64,000 bases of DNA from an uncultured Planctomycetaceae bacterium (GTDB lineage Bacteria > Planctomycetota > Planctomycetia > Isosphaerales > Isosphaeraceae): positions 1,504,001 to 1,568,000 of the forward strand of contig CAWIAD010000002.1 in the NCBI GenBank assembly GCA_963833985.1, read 5' to 3'. How positions within the stretch are numbered: the stretch's first letter is position 1; every line of letters starts with the position of its first letter. Both the position numbers and the translations under genes were made by a program. Below, one piece after another: positions 33,009 through 42,256 of this stretch. The notes beneath the pieces were generated by a model. The model was given only the letters and a program-made list of their open reading frames with translations. It had not been told where the DNA came from and made no database searches.

Positions 33009-35030
33009 TCATGGTGCCGCCCGCTCCGGCCGCCAGCGGTAGAGCAGGTTCTTGCCCCGGAAATCTTCCTCGACAAGCACCAGGTACTCACCGCTGGACC
33101 GGCGGAACGCCTGCACCGCGTAGGGCATGTCGAGCCAGCCAGCGTTGCCCCCGACGGCGGGGCCAGGGGCGAAGGCGCCCACGCGGCTGCCGTCGGAAGT
33201 CCGCAGCACGTGCACGAGCTGCTTGCCGCCGGTGGGCTTCACCATGCCAAGGAACATGTAGTCGCCCGCGACGTCCATCGCTTGCGGCGAAAGCGGGCCC
33301 TCCTTGGCGTCGGCGTTGCCGTCGCGCGGCAGCGACCGGTTGGTCCACACGAGCGTCGCCTTGCCGGCTAGCCAGCCATCGTAGCGCCTGGCTGACGGAC
33401 CGATGACGCCCCAGGTCTCCACCCGCTGGTCTTCCAGGTAGCCCGTAATATAGAGGGAGTCGGTGCGCCTGTCGTACTGCACGCGGCGGATCACCTCCCA
33501 GCCACCCGGCCAGGGCCAGCTCCTGGGCTTCTTCCAGTCGTAGCGCGGCTTGCCATCAGGTTTCCAGCCCTGGAACGGATAGCAGCGAATGGTCTTGCCC
33601 GGGGCGTCGCCGTGCCAGATGCCGCCGTCTTCATCCACGTCCCAGGCCCAGGCTTCGCCTTCCGGGTGGATCCGATCAACCGCGTGAGCGATCTGGCCGT
33701 GCGGCTCGTCGAAGGTGTAGAGACGGTAGCCGCCTGCGTACTGGCCAATCGTGAACAGCAACCGCCTGCCTTCCAGCCGGCGCACCAGGACCGAGCAGCC
33801 ATGCCGCGCACGGTCGTCGTCCGGATCGGTGACATGGTCGAGCGTCACGCCGCGGAGCGACCACTCGCGGCCTGGCTCGGTGCGGTCCAGATCCAGGTGG
33901 AAGATGGCCGTGCGGCCGTACACCACCGTTCCATCGGCCGCCGGATCGAAACCGAACGTGTCCACGAATGCGGTCGACTCGAGTCCCCAGCGCAGCGCTC
34001 CCTGCGCCGAGAACGACCGCAAAAAGCAGTTGCCGTTGGGTCCATTGCCGAAGCTCATCGCCACGTACAGGTTGCCCTGCGCATCGGTGCCGGCGCCGCG
34101 GAGAGCGAAGAGCTTCTTCGGTACCACCTCACCCGGTGTGCCGGCGCGGAGACCGCCCTGCTCTCCGAACGTCGCCACCAGCCGGGGATCATCGGTCACG
34201 TCGAAGACGAGCACCTGCTGGCGGGCACCGTCGTCGCAGATGATGAGGTGGGTGGGATCGCGGTGGTCGAAAGCCAGGGCGGCCGGTCGGTCGAGCTCTG
34301 GAACCGGCTTGCCGAGCTCGCGGCCGTCGATCGAGAAATGCCGTACGGCACGGGCGGCGATGACCCACACGCTGCCATCGTGCGCCACGGCCACGTCCGC
34401 AAGCTCCGGGACAGAGAACTTGCGGTCCACGCTCAGGTCGCCGGCCTTGCGCACCTCGACCGCGTCCTTGTACGCCACGATGACGCTGCCGTTGCCGGCG
34501 GCCAGCCCGACTGCCTCGGCGTCGGTGCCCACCTCGTCAACGTAACGCGCCGAATCGAGATTGCCGGGTGTCCATGCGAAGCGCAGCAGCCGCTTGCCGG
34601 TGTTCGCGATGTAGATCGTGGGGCCGTCCACCGCGATCGCGTTGTTGCCCGTGTTCCAGCCCCAGGCCGTCTCGCGTGTTCCCTCGGGGCTGCGCACCAG
34701 TACTCGGTTCACCTTGCCGTCCTTGTACAGCCCGACGCAACGGCCCGCCTCATCCCAGGCCACTCCCGCGATCACCGTGCCGTCCGGCGTCACCTCGATC
34801 TCGTCAACACCGTTTTGCACCCAGTACCCGAAGCCATTGCCTCCGCCGTCGCCGCCGAACGAGTTGCCCACCCAGCTTGTCGAGACACTGCCCGGCGGTG
34901 GTGCCAGCTCCTCGTCGGCCAGCGGTAGCGCCGCATGAACGTCGAGTGACGGGAGACCAGCCAGGACACCCAACAAGAACGCCCCCGCGATGAACCGCCG
35001 GAGCCGCCATTGTGTCTGTTGGTTTATCAT
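33009..35030 (-). CDS. Secreted NHL/beta-propeller-like protein
   Basis: Signal peptide; repeated blades (IEVTPDGTVI, IAVDGPTIYIAN, VAVAHDGSVWV, GTDAQGNLYV). Confidence 0.7.
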   Translation of the reverse strand: MINQQTQWRLRRFIAGAFLLGVLAGLPSLDVHAALPLADEELAPPPGSVSTSWVGNSFGGDGGGNGFGYWVQNGVDEIEVTPDGTVIAGVAWDEAGRCVGLYKDGKVNRVLVRSPEGTRETAWGWNTGNNAIAVDGPTIYIANTGKRLLRFAWTPGNLDSARYVDEVGTDAEAVGLAAGNGSVIVAYKDAVEVRKAGDLSVDRKFSVPELADVAVAHDGSVWVIAARAVRHFSIDGRELGKPVPELDRPAALAFDHRDPTHLIICDDGARQQVLVFDVTDDPRLVATFGEQGGLRAGTPGEVVPKKLFALRGAGTDAQGNLYVAMSFGNGPNGNCFLRSFSAQGALRWGLESTAFVDTFGFDPAADGTVVYGRTAIFHLDLDRTEPGREWSLRGVTLDHVTDPDDDRARHGCSVLVRRLEGRRLLFTIGQYAGGYRLYTFDEPHGQIAHAVDRIHPEGEAWAWDVDEDGGIWHGDAPGKTIRCYPFQGWKPDGKPRYDWKKPRSWPWPGGWEVIRRVQYDRRTDSLYITGYLEDQRVETWGVIGPSARRYDGWLAGKATLVWTNRSLPRDGNADAKEGPLSPQAMDVAGDYMFLGMVKPTGGKQLVHVLRTSDGSRVGAFAPGPAVGGNAGWLDMPYAVQAFRRSSGEYLVLVEEDFRGKNLLYRWRPERAAP

Positions 35031-35264
35031 TCGACCCCGATCTTCCTTCTTCGATCACGGTACGTACCCGAAGCTTTCGCCAGCAGCCGGCAGCCCATTG
35101 CCCTGGCCGTGGCGCTGCATTCTCATGTACCACAACAACGACGAGACGCGGTCCTGGCCATGCCAGATCGCGTCAAAGTTGTGGCAAGTTGCGACACGCC
35201 GCGTGGCTGGGCCATTGAGTGCTTTCTGTGGCAGCCGCGCAAAACATCGCTCGACGGGGCGCTC

Positions 35265-35459
35265 CTGGCGCTGGTCCACCCATCCCGGAGTTCGGGGGGC
35301 GCATGGCCCATGGCCACGTGAGCCAGCGCTTGGTTTTCACGGGCGCAGCCGCCAAGCCCGGGAGTGAGCCCGACCAGCATCTCAGGCCGTCGCACAGTTC
35401 GCCACATCCATATCGCGAACTGCTTCCCGCGCCGCGCAACTGCCCGGGTTCGCCAGATG
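35265..35459 (-). mobile_element. Remnant of the same Y1-transposase element as 18218-19365 (last codons plus 3' tail)
   Basis: Reverse complement contains CATCTGGCGAACCCGGGCAGTTGCGCGGCGCGG (27/33 identical to the transposase end near 19235) and GCTGGTCGGGCTCAC.CCCG...GGCTGCGCCCGTGAAAACCA (matches 19291-19340). Confidence 0.75.
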
Positions 35460-35491
35460 CGGCCTTGAGGTCCTCATGCCGCATCTGGCGA
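35450..35491. terminator. Strong hairpin downstream of the aldo/keto reductase gene (possible terminator or stability element)
   Basis: TCGCCAGATGCGGC...GCCGCATCTGGCGA perfect 14-bp arms plus inner TGAGG/CCTCA; no U-tract. Confidence 0.35.
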
Positions 35492-35591
35492 GGATCCATG
35501 GAATGGCGCGGGCGCAGGTGCTACAGCCTGCCCCAATCGACGACGAGTGCGTGCCGCTCCTGGAGACCGGGTCCGGTCCCGCGACGATATT

Positions 35592-36809
35592 TCATCCCAG
35601 CAGCCGGTGCACATCCTTCAATTTGGCGGCGATGTCGATCTCCTGGGAGCAGGACGGCAGGCAGTCGCCGCAGCCGACGCAGGACGTGCCGTTCCGCGTC
35701 AAGGCGGCGTATTCGCTGCGCGCCCGGTCCATGTCGTGATAATCCCGGGCATACCGCTCGTACCGGAAGATGTCTGAAATCCCGATATGTTCGGGGCAAG
35801 CGGTCACGCACTGGGCACACAGGAGGCACGTCAGTCCCTTGTTGTAGCCGGACAACAGACTGAGCGCCGCGTTGTCCTGCGGGCTCATGGCCAGGCTGGC
35901 GGCCGCGCTCACATTCTCCCGGAACTGATCAAAATTCCTCATCTCGATCACCGCCGAGGTGAGGTTCTGATTCGACTGCAACCACTTGACCATCGCCGCG
36001 CCGGGGGTGGTGCCCTGGTACTTCGGATCGGCGAGCAGTTTCTGGAACTTCTGATCGTGCGCGGCACGTCCCACGCCGCCCATCGTCTTCATGGCAATGG
36101 TGCCCATATCTTTCTTGTGTGCCAGGTCGATCAATTCCCCTACCTCCTTGCGGTCGTTGTAGGTGTAGAAGAACTGGGCCGCCTCGTAGGGCTGATGGTC
36201 CGCCAGGTATGAGAGAATCTCCCACGCCATGTCGCCACCGATATTGGGGTAGTGATGCTGGGAAATGGCCAGGTGCTTGACCAGCCCCTCTTTCTTGAGC
36301 CGCTCGAACGCCCGGACCATGCCCGGGTTGTTCTTCGCATCATCCACGGAGTGGTAGCCGAAATGGAACTTGAAGACGTCGTAGTATCCCACGCCCGCTG
36401 CCTGTAAGCGGTTCTTGACGAACTGGTAGTGCTGCTCTTCATCGATCCGGCCGTGCGAATGGTCTCCGCCCACGCGATCCACGACGCATTCGAGGTAATA
36501 CGACTCTCTCGGCAGACGCTTGAGGGCTGGCGGCAGCGTCTCGGCGCTCCACACCTGGGCCTTGTGCCAGTAATTGACTCCGGCGTTCACGGCCCTGGGA
36601 ACGAGTTCCTTCGGCCAGGTGGACGCGCCCACGAGCCAGCCGATCTCGAGCCCGGTGCGCCCGTATCGCCGCTTTGGCAGTTTGTCGGGGGCGGCCTGCT
36701 CCGCCGCCAACACCGGCAGGCTGGCGATGCTTGCCGCGGCCACACCCGTCGCCCCAAGGCGCATCAGGTCCCGGCGAGAAAGGTTCTGCGCGTCATCAGC
36801 CATGGCCAT
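35592..36809 (-). CDS. Tat-exported aldo/keto reductase with C-terminal 4Fe-4S dicluster
   Basis: LSRRDL Tat motif, LPKRRYGRTG, IAMKTMGG, CLLCAQC..ACP, CVGCGDCLPSC. Confidence 0.88.
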   Translation of the reverse strand: MAMADDAQNLSRRDLMRLGATGVAAASIASLPVLAAEQAAPDKLPKRRYGRTGLEIGWLVGASTWPKELVPRAVNAGVNYWHKAQVWSAETLPPALKRLPRESYYLECVVDRVGGDHSHGRIDEEQHYQFVKNRLQAAGVGYYDVFKFHFGYHSVDDAKNNPGMVRAFERLKKEGLVKHLAISQHHYPNIGGDMAWEILSYLADHQPYEAAQFFYTYNDRKEVGELIDLAHKKDMGTIAMKTMGGVGRAAHDQKFQKLLADPKYQGTTPGAAMVKWLQSNQNLTSAVIEMRNFDQFRENVSAAASLAMSPQDNAALSLLSGYNKGLTCLLCAQCVTACPEHIGISDIFRYERYARDYHDMDRARSEYAALTRNGTSCVGCGDCLPSCSQEIDIAAKLKDVHRLLG

Positions 36810-37125
36810 GGTCCTCCCCTGTTGCCGTTCAGACAATGGAAACCGCCCCTGCCGCTCACTCATCCAGTCTACGGAGCGCCCAGCGCCGGTCAACACCAAG
36901 ACCTGCGCGAGCCCGGGACACAACCTGCCGTAGCCTCGGTGAGAACCTCAGTGACAAGGCCCGGCCGTGCTCCATTGCCCGCTTCAGATCGCCGGCTGCA
37001 ACATTCCGGCTTGCGCCGCAGAATTCACGGAGCCAGGGAGACCGGCGCTTTCACGTTTTAAGTATTATACACATGAACACATTCATATTTTCCACGGAGA
37101 CGCCTCGGCACACCGGCAGGTCGAT

Positions 37126-37342
37126 TTGGGTTCGATTTGCGGATCTGCCATCGAAGCCATCGGATGCTAACCATTTGCCTGATTGAAGTTAACCCTCCAT
37201 TCTCGGTTGGCTTCGCTTTTCGCTTTTCGCTTTTCTTTCTCGGGATGACTCGATGCGGGCCGGAGGTCCCTCGGACCAGCGCACCGCCTGAATACAAAGG
37301 CGGCGCGCTGGTTTGAACCATCGACCGAATTGTCAAAGAGCT
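37126..37342 (-). repeat. boxA-like motif plus fixed-geometry CGAASCCAA module, copy 3 (minus strand)
   Basis: Reverse complement: GCTCTTTGACAATTCGGTCGATGG, then CGAAGCCAA-N42-TCCGATGGCTTCG-N17-CGAACCCAA. Confidence 0.75.
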
Positions 37343-37599
37343 TCGGCCAGTGCCGTCTCATTCAGTCTACGATCGGAACGGCGGGCGCTTGCGAGATTCC
37401 TCGCGGTTTGCTCTGTTTGTTTCGGGAAGGCCGGGTCCCTTCTCCATGGGCGTTCCACGCGTCTGCGCTTCTGCTCGATCCACTGTCATCTCGATCGCTC
37501 CGGCGGCGCGGGGGATGGGCTGCCCGGCACTCAGGGCAGAGATCGCGGACCCCGAGCAAGGAACCACGCTCCATGAGTCCCAGGCCGCGGCTTTCCTGC

Positions 37600-37783
37600 G
37601 GTGCGCCGTCGCTGCGCTCGACTCACGCTACGGCTCTGCTGTTGACGGTGCCGTGGAACGTCGGACAATTGTAGAATGCGTCAAGCGCAGCGACGACGCA
37701 CCGATTCACGGCCCCGGCATCCGCCGCAGGGCCCGGGAACATCCGACAATTGTAGGGTGTGTCCCGCGCAGCGACGACGCACC
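37600..37783. repeat. Cluster of three GTAG-type REP sequences
   Basis: 37600-37631 (-), 37671-37702 (+), 37752-37783 (+); consensus GTAGnnTGnGTCnnGCGCAGCGACGnCGCACC. Confidence 0.75.
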
Positions 37784-37974
37784 GATCCAATCACCGCCCG
37801 ACCGATGGACCACCAAGCTTCGCTGGCTCGGCGATGATCAGAAAAAGCGGACAGTGCCACAGGATTCACTTGACCGGCACCGACGCCGGATTTACCTTCA
37901 GCGCTTGCCCGATGACGCATCTCCTGATCTGAACTCTGTGACTCGTCCGCTCTCGGCTCTTCGTTCAATGATCA

Positions 37975-38210
37975 CGATGACCGACAACGCCGACAACTAC
38001 TTGAGCTCCGGCGGCGGCTACACGTTCATGTGTGACAACGAGGGCAACACGATCGGCGAGCTGCAACTCTCGAGGGGTGACGCGTGGGATATTGAGCTCC
38101 GACGACCGCATCTGCTACCGCATGGTGAGCGCGGTCGAGAAGTGCTCGGGCGGCACGAAGCTGGAGCGGGTGAACTTGACGTTCGGTGCGCCGGGATGCC
38201 CTTACAGCGC
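37975..38210 (+). pseudogene. Degraded RHS/YD-repeat gene fragment
   Basis: GGGYTFMCDNEGNTIGELQLSRGDAW and, in a shifted frame, RMVSAVEKCSGGTKLERVNLTF resemble decayed YTYDxEGN...YDxRNR repeats. Confidence 0.55.
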
Positions 38211-38361
38211 CGACGCCTGGAGCGCCGAGACCGCCGGCTGCCTGGCTTGGAATATGGTCTCCGACCGCGGGGACGGCAGCCCCGAGTGAGACGTGAACAG
38301 GAGCATGATCACGGCGGCTATTCCAGATCGCCCAATCGTCGTCGGAGAAAAGCAACGTCCC

Positions 38362-39841
38362 GAATGCCACAAGGTTAGTCAGAAGTGCTTCATTGGCAAC
38401 TGTTTGCGGAGTTCGGATCTGGGCCTAGTCATCCGCATGTATTGTTTTGGTCGTCGCTTTACGACTCGGGGCTCGACGCGTCCACGGCGCAATGGGTTGA
38501 TGACGATCCGCGCGGGCTCAGAACCCCCTTCGGACCCGATCAGCCAGCGCACCGCGTCGATCAAGCCGATCCGATCCGGATCAACGCCGCGCATGCGTGC
38601 CGACTCCAGCATGACCGATCTTACCAGGTTATACGCCAGGCTGAAAATCGCCAGCTCTTTGAGAACCCCTTCGACTGTCTCGCAACGCAGAACATCCATC
38701 TTCATGCTAATCTTTATATGACGAAAATTGAGTTCGACTCTCCACCTCTTGTAGTAGAGTTCGGCCAGCTCTGTCGCCGGGTAGGTCGATGCGTCTAACA
38801 GAGTCGTGACCAGCGTGATTTCGCGCACCCGATACCCGGGTGTCTCGACCCGGTACCTCAGCTCGCGCACGGTGATCTCGGAGGGCAGCACCTCGAACTC
38901 ATCCGCCGACATCCACTTCGGATGGGATTTCGATTTAAACCATGTGACAATCTGATCTGCGGTTCCCTGCGCCAACACCCACCGCGAACTCGGCAGACCC
39001 TGCGGCCTGGGGTACGGACCCTTCCTCCTGGCCATCGGACGACCCGGCGTGAAATCGACGATCTGCTGCTGGTGCACGCGGAAAACCGCATGCAGACCGC
39101 GTTGCAGTAATATCGCCAGATGAGCATACGAGCAAAATCCGCGGTCACCGAGCACGATGTCTCCCGGCTCCAGGCCGTCGGAGATCGGGCCAACCTGGGA
39201 CATCTCGTGGGTCCGCAAAGGGGCCGTCCTCGAACGCAGAAGCATGCCGGTGGTGACGTCGAAGAGGGCCAGCCATTTCGCCACCGGGAAGCCACAGCCC
39301 TTGCGTTGACCGCTGGGTTGGCCGAAGTGACGTTGCAGTTCTGGTTGGTCCGGCATGGAGAAGCTGGAGCTGTCGACGACCCAGATTCGGTGCCCGAGCC
39401 ACCGCGCGCCATCCGAAGCAGTCCGCACGGCGGCAGCGGTCCGCTCCACGAGCCAGTCGAAGACGGCCAGCGGAAGCCGCTTTCGCGCCATGCAGTAGGC
39501 GCTGTCGGTGAAGGTCCAAGCGCCGAAGTGCACCACGTGGCGACAGGCCGTGTTGCCATGAAGGACCTGGAGAAGGAACAGATAAATGGTCGTCGCGGGG
39601 TCGAGAACGCGATTCCGCCAGCGGTGTTTCGCCTGGCGGCAGGCTTCTTCGATCGTCTCCCGGGACAATCCCGCGGCGATATCTTGGCGCAGTCGATCGA
39701 GAATAGGGATGATGCGAGGCGGCATGGGTGGGGCTCCCTCCAGCAACTGTGGGTCCTGGTACTTCCCACAGGATGCCCGGAGCCTCACCCATGGCGCAAG
39801 ATCAAATGGCACAATTAGTTAAAATTAACTTCGCGGCATTC
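38362..39841 (-). mobile_element. Complete IS4-family insertion sequence (1480 bp) with 11-bp target-site duplication
   Basis: Imperfect terminal IRs GAATGCCACAAGGTTAGT / GAATGCCGCGAAGTTAAT (14/18). AGCAACGTCCC at 38351-38361 and 39842-39852. Confidence 0.9.
38379..39725 (-). CDS. IS4 family DDE transposase
   Basis: WVVDSS, VLGDRGFCSY, LYYKRWRVELNFRHIK (YREK signature), RVEPRVVKRR. Confidence 0.92.
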   Translation of the reverse strand: MPPRIIPILDRLRQDIAAGLSRETIEEACRQAKHRWRNRVLDPATTIYLFLLQVLHGNTACRHVVHFGAWTFTDSAYCMARKRLPLAVFDWLVERTAAAVRTASDGARWLGHRIWVVDSSSFSMPDQPELQRHFGQPSGQRKGCGFPVAKWLALFDVTTGMLLRSRTAPLRTHEMSQVGPISDGLEPGDIVLGDRGFCSYAHLAILLQRGLHAVFRVHQQQIVDFTPGRPMARRKGPYPRPQGLPSSRWVLAQGTADQIVTWFKSKSHPKWMSADEFEVLPSEITVRELRYRVETPGYRVREITLVTTLLDASTYPATELAELYYKRWRVELNFRHIKISMKMDVLRCETVEGVLKELAIFSLAYNLVRSVMLESARMRGVDPDRIGLIDAVRWLIGSEGGSEPARIVINPLRRGRVEPRVVKRRPKQYMRMTRPRSELRKQLPMKHF

Positions 39842-39843
39842 AG

Positions 39844-39885
39844 CAACGTCCCCTTCAGGACTTCCAACGTCCCCTTCAGGACTTC
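39844..39885 (+). repeat. 21-bp perfect tandem duplication adjacent to the IS4 end
   Basis: CAACGTCCCCTTCAGGACTTC twice. Confidence 0.9.
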
Positions 39886-39946
39886 TGATTGGGTTAAAGG
39901 TGCCAATCGAGATTGAATGGTCATTGACGATCTGCGTGGGCTAGGT

Positions 39947-40106
39947 GCCGAATAAGGTCGCCTGGTGAAGACGATCTTTATCCTTCGTTAGCTGGAGAGC
40001 GAGCAGCTCCGCAGCCGGATCAACGCCCAGCTCAACAAGGGCGAGTCCTTGCACTCGCTGCGGGAGTTTCTGTTCTTCGTCCACCGGGGTAAGATCCGGC
40101 GGAAGA
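39947..40106 (+). pseudogene. Tn3-family transposase fragment with in-frame stops
   Basis: AE*GRLVKTIFILR*LESEQLRSRINAQLNKGESLHSLREFLFFVHRGKIRRK matches the Tn3 TnpA catalytic LNKGE region. Confidence 0.8.
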
Positions 40107-40398
40107 TTCCGATAAGTGCTTTATTCTCAATGGCTTGCGTCTTGCCTTTTGAAGCTTCCACGTAAGAAATGGTAGCCATTATTTCTTACAAGCTCAAGGC
40201 CCCCAGCGAGCCAGGATGGCTCTTCCGCCGTATCGGAGTTGTGGGCAGGGTTGTAGAAGGCGAGGCTACGGGAGTATACTCGGACGAAACATGTCTCGGT
40301 GCTCGACCGGATTTACCCGCTTGCCCCCGAACCGAAGGCAGGTTGGTCGACCTAAGTGGCTGATATCTATTGAGATGACAGAAACTGGAGCAACCTAC

Positions 40399-40452
40399 TT
40401 GACTTTCCTGATGATGCAAGCTAAGATGTCCTAAGGACATCTTAGCTTGCAT
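40399..40452 (+). promoter_or_regulatory. Sigma70-type promoter overlapped by a perfect 19-bp inverted-repeat operator for abiE
   Basis: TTGACT (40399-40404), 17-bp spacer, TAAGAT (40422-40427); ATGCAAGCTAAGATGTCCT-A-AGGACATCTTAGCTTGCAT (40414-40452). Confidence 0.85.
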
Positions 40453-40466
40453 ATTATTGGGTTTCT

Positions 40467-41372
40467 ATGTGGGTCAAGACTATTTCGTCGCAGGTTCTCC
40501 GAGACTTGGCAGAGAGCCGGAGGAGGATAGTCTCAGATTGGCGGATCCTGATTACCGCAAGACGGCTGTGCCGCGATCAGAATGCGCCGCTACCAAACGA
40601 AGAGAAGGCCTTAGCGGTACGCAGGCATCTTGAGCAGCAGGGGAGCCTAACGTCAGTCGAAGGTGTGACTGGGGTATTCGAAGTCAACGTCCCTTACGCA
40701 AACTTGCTCGAGACCTCGGAGGAGCAGATCGTCCAGGAAGCAAACCCCTGGGCGGTTTTTGGGTTGCTTACCGCGATGGTTTTCAACGGCCTAACCGACC
40801 TCGCTCCCAAGCAAATTCACGTTTTAAACTTCAAGGATGGGGAACACATCACTCGGATTCCTCTCGGGACTAGTCCAGAGGACTGGGCTGACCTCGATTA
40901 CCCCCCAGGAAAGCGGCCAAAGAACATCCGAGGAATCACGGTCCACTGGACGGATCTGCGAAGTGATCTCGATTTTGGCGTGACCATCGGCTACAGCCTC
41001 GGCGTGCCGATCTACGTGACCGATCCCGAGCGGACGCTTCTTGATGCTCTTCGAATGCCCGAAAAGTCGGGCGGGATCGGAAAGGTCTTGCAGGCCTGGC
41101 GACAGGCAGAGAGTCTCAACGTCGAGCGACTGATCGCCTACACGGAGAAATTCCGAATCCAAAACCTTCGCCAGCGAGTGGGTTATATCCTAGAGCAGCT
41201 AGGGCTGAGCCATCCGCAGTTAGAGCAGTGGAAGCATAGACTCCAACGCGGAGGCTCTGTAAAGTTGGTGGCCAGTGAGCCTTACGAGGCAACCTTCTCA
41301 GCGGAGTGGAATCTCTCGCTCAATGTCGCCCCGTCAGTGCTTGCAATTCTAAATGGAACCATCAACGAATAG
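40467..41372 (+). CDS. abiEi: Type IV toxin-antitoxin AbiEi-family antitoxin
   Basis: TAMVFNGLTD, IYVTDPERTLLDALRMPEKSGG, RQRVGYILE; lies directly upstream of a nucleotidyltransferase toxin. Confidence 0.82.
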   Translation: MWVKTISSQVLRDLAESRRRIVSDWRILITARRLCRDQNAPLPNEEKALAVRRHLEQQGSLTSVEGVTGVFEVNVPYANLLETSEEQIVQEANPWAVFGLLTAMVFNGLTDLAPKQIHVLNFKDGEHITRIPLGTSPEDWADLDYPPGKRPKNIRGITVHWTDLRSDLDFGVTIGYSLGVPIYVTDPERTLLDALRMPEKSGGIGKVLQAWRQAESLNVERLIAYTEKFRIQNLRQRVGYILEQLGLSHPQLEQWKHRLQRGGSVKLVASEPYEATFSAEWNLSLNVAPSVLAILNGTINE

Positions 41373-41383
41373 GACGGCATAGA

Positions 41384-42256
41384 TTGGAAGCAGGAAGCTA
41401 TCCAAGATCTATCGAGGAAATCACAAGCTGGCGCAAGAGGACTGGAGCTACCGCGGCTGAGGCTCGGCTCAGGTTCATGCAGTTTGTCGTCCTAGCCTCG
41501 ATTTCGTCGTCACACGTCTTGGCCTCGACGCTTGTCTTCAAAGGCGGAAACGCCCTGCTCTTCTTCTTTGGGAACCCGAGAAGCACGCTCGACCTCGACT
41601 TCACAGCACGGGTTGATTTTCCGGATGACCCGGAGCGTATTCATGAACTCTTAAATCAGGCACTCAAATATGCCTTGAACCGTTTTCAGGTAAAGGCAAG
41701 GTGCCAATCGGTCCACCGAAACCCGCCAGGCCTCGACAAGACATTTCCCACTTACCTTGCCAAAGTCGGTTATCAACTGCCCGGCGACAGGTACTACCAG
41801 AACTTCGACGAAGACCGGAACTACCCGCAAGTCATCGAGCTTGAGATCAGCCTCAACGATGTCATCTGTGAGACCGAAAGCTGGAAGCTGGACGAATCAA
41901 CCGAGGCCCTGTCTCGCTGCTCGCTTGAGGACACCTTGGCGGAGAAACTGAGAGCATTGCTCCAGCAGCCGATCCGTAATCGCTCGCGGCCCCAAGACGT
42001 CTACGACATTGCTTCACGGATTCGTGAGTTTGGCGACAAGCTCGACCACGTCAAGATGTCTACGTTCCTCCTAAGAAAGGCACAGGCTCGCGCGATCGAC
42101 CCGAGGAAGAGCTCCTTTGATGAATCAGTCCGGAGCAGGGCGGCTGCGATCTACGAGACTCAGATTCGCGAAGAGGCGCCGAAGGCCTTCATCAACTTCG
42201 ACGAGGCCTGGGCAGAGGTCCTGCGCCTTGTCGACAAGCTAGACATTCCAGACTGA
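41384..42256 (+). CDS. abiEii: AbiEii/AbiGii nucleotidyltransferase toxin
   Basis: LVFKGGNAL, RSTLDLDF, LAEKLRALL, RPQDVYDI. Probable TTG start after AGGACGG. Confidence 0.88.
   Translation: MEAGSYPRSIEEITSWRKRTGATAAEARLRFMQFVVLASISSSHVLASTLVFKGGNALLFFFGNPRSTLDLDFTARVDFPDDPERIHELLNQALKYALNRFQVKARCQSVHRNPPGLDKTFPTYLAKVGYQLPGDRYYQNFDEDRNYPQVIELEISLNDVICETESWKLDESTEALSRCSLEDTLAEKLRALLQQPIRNRSRPQDVYDIASRIREFGDKLDHVKMSTFLLRKAQARAIDPRKSSFDESVRSRAAAIYETQIREEAPKAFINFDEAWAEVLRLVDKLDIPD

Noticed and set aside
35460..35480. EDLKAA match between ORF 35173..35499 and the Y1 transposase interior
   Set aside because: The short match falls inside a palindrome and may be coincidental. It was not used as evidence for the remnant.
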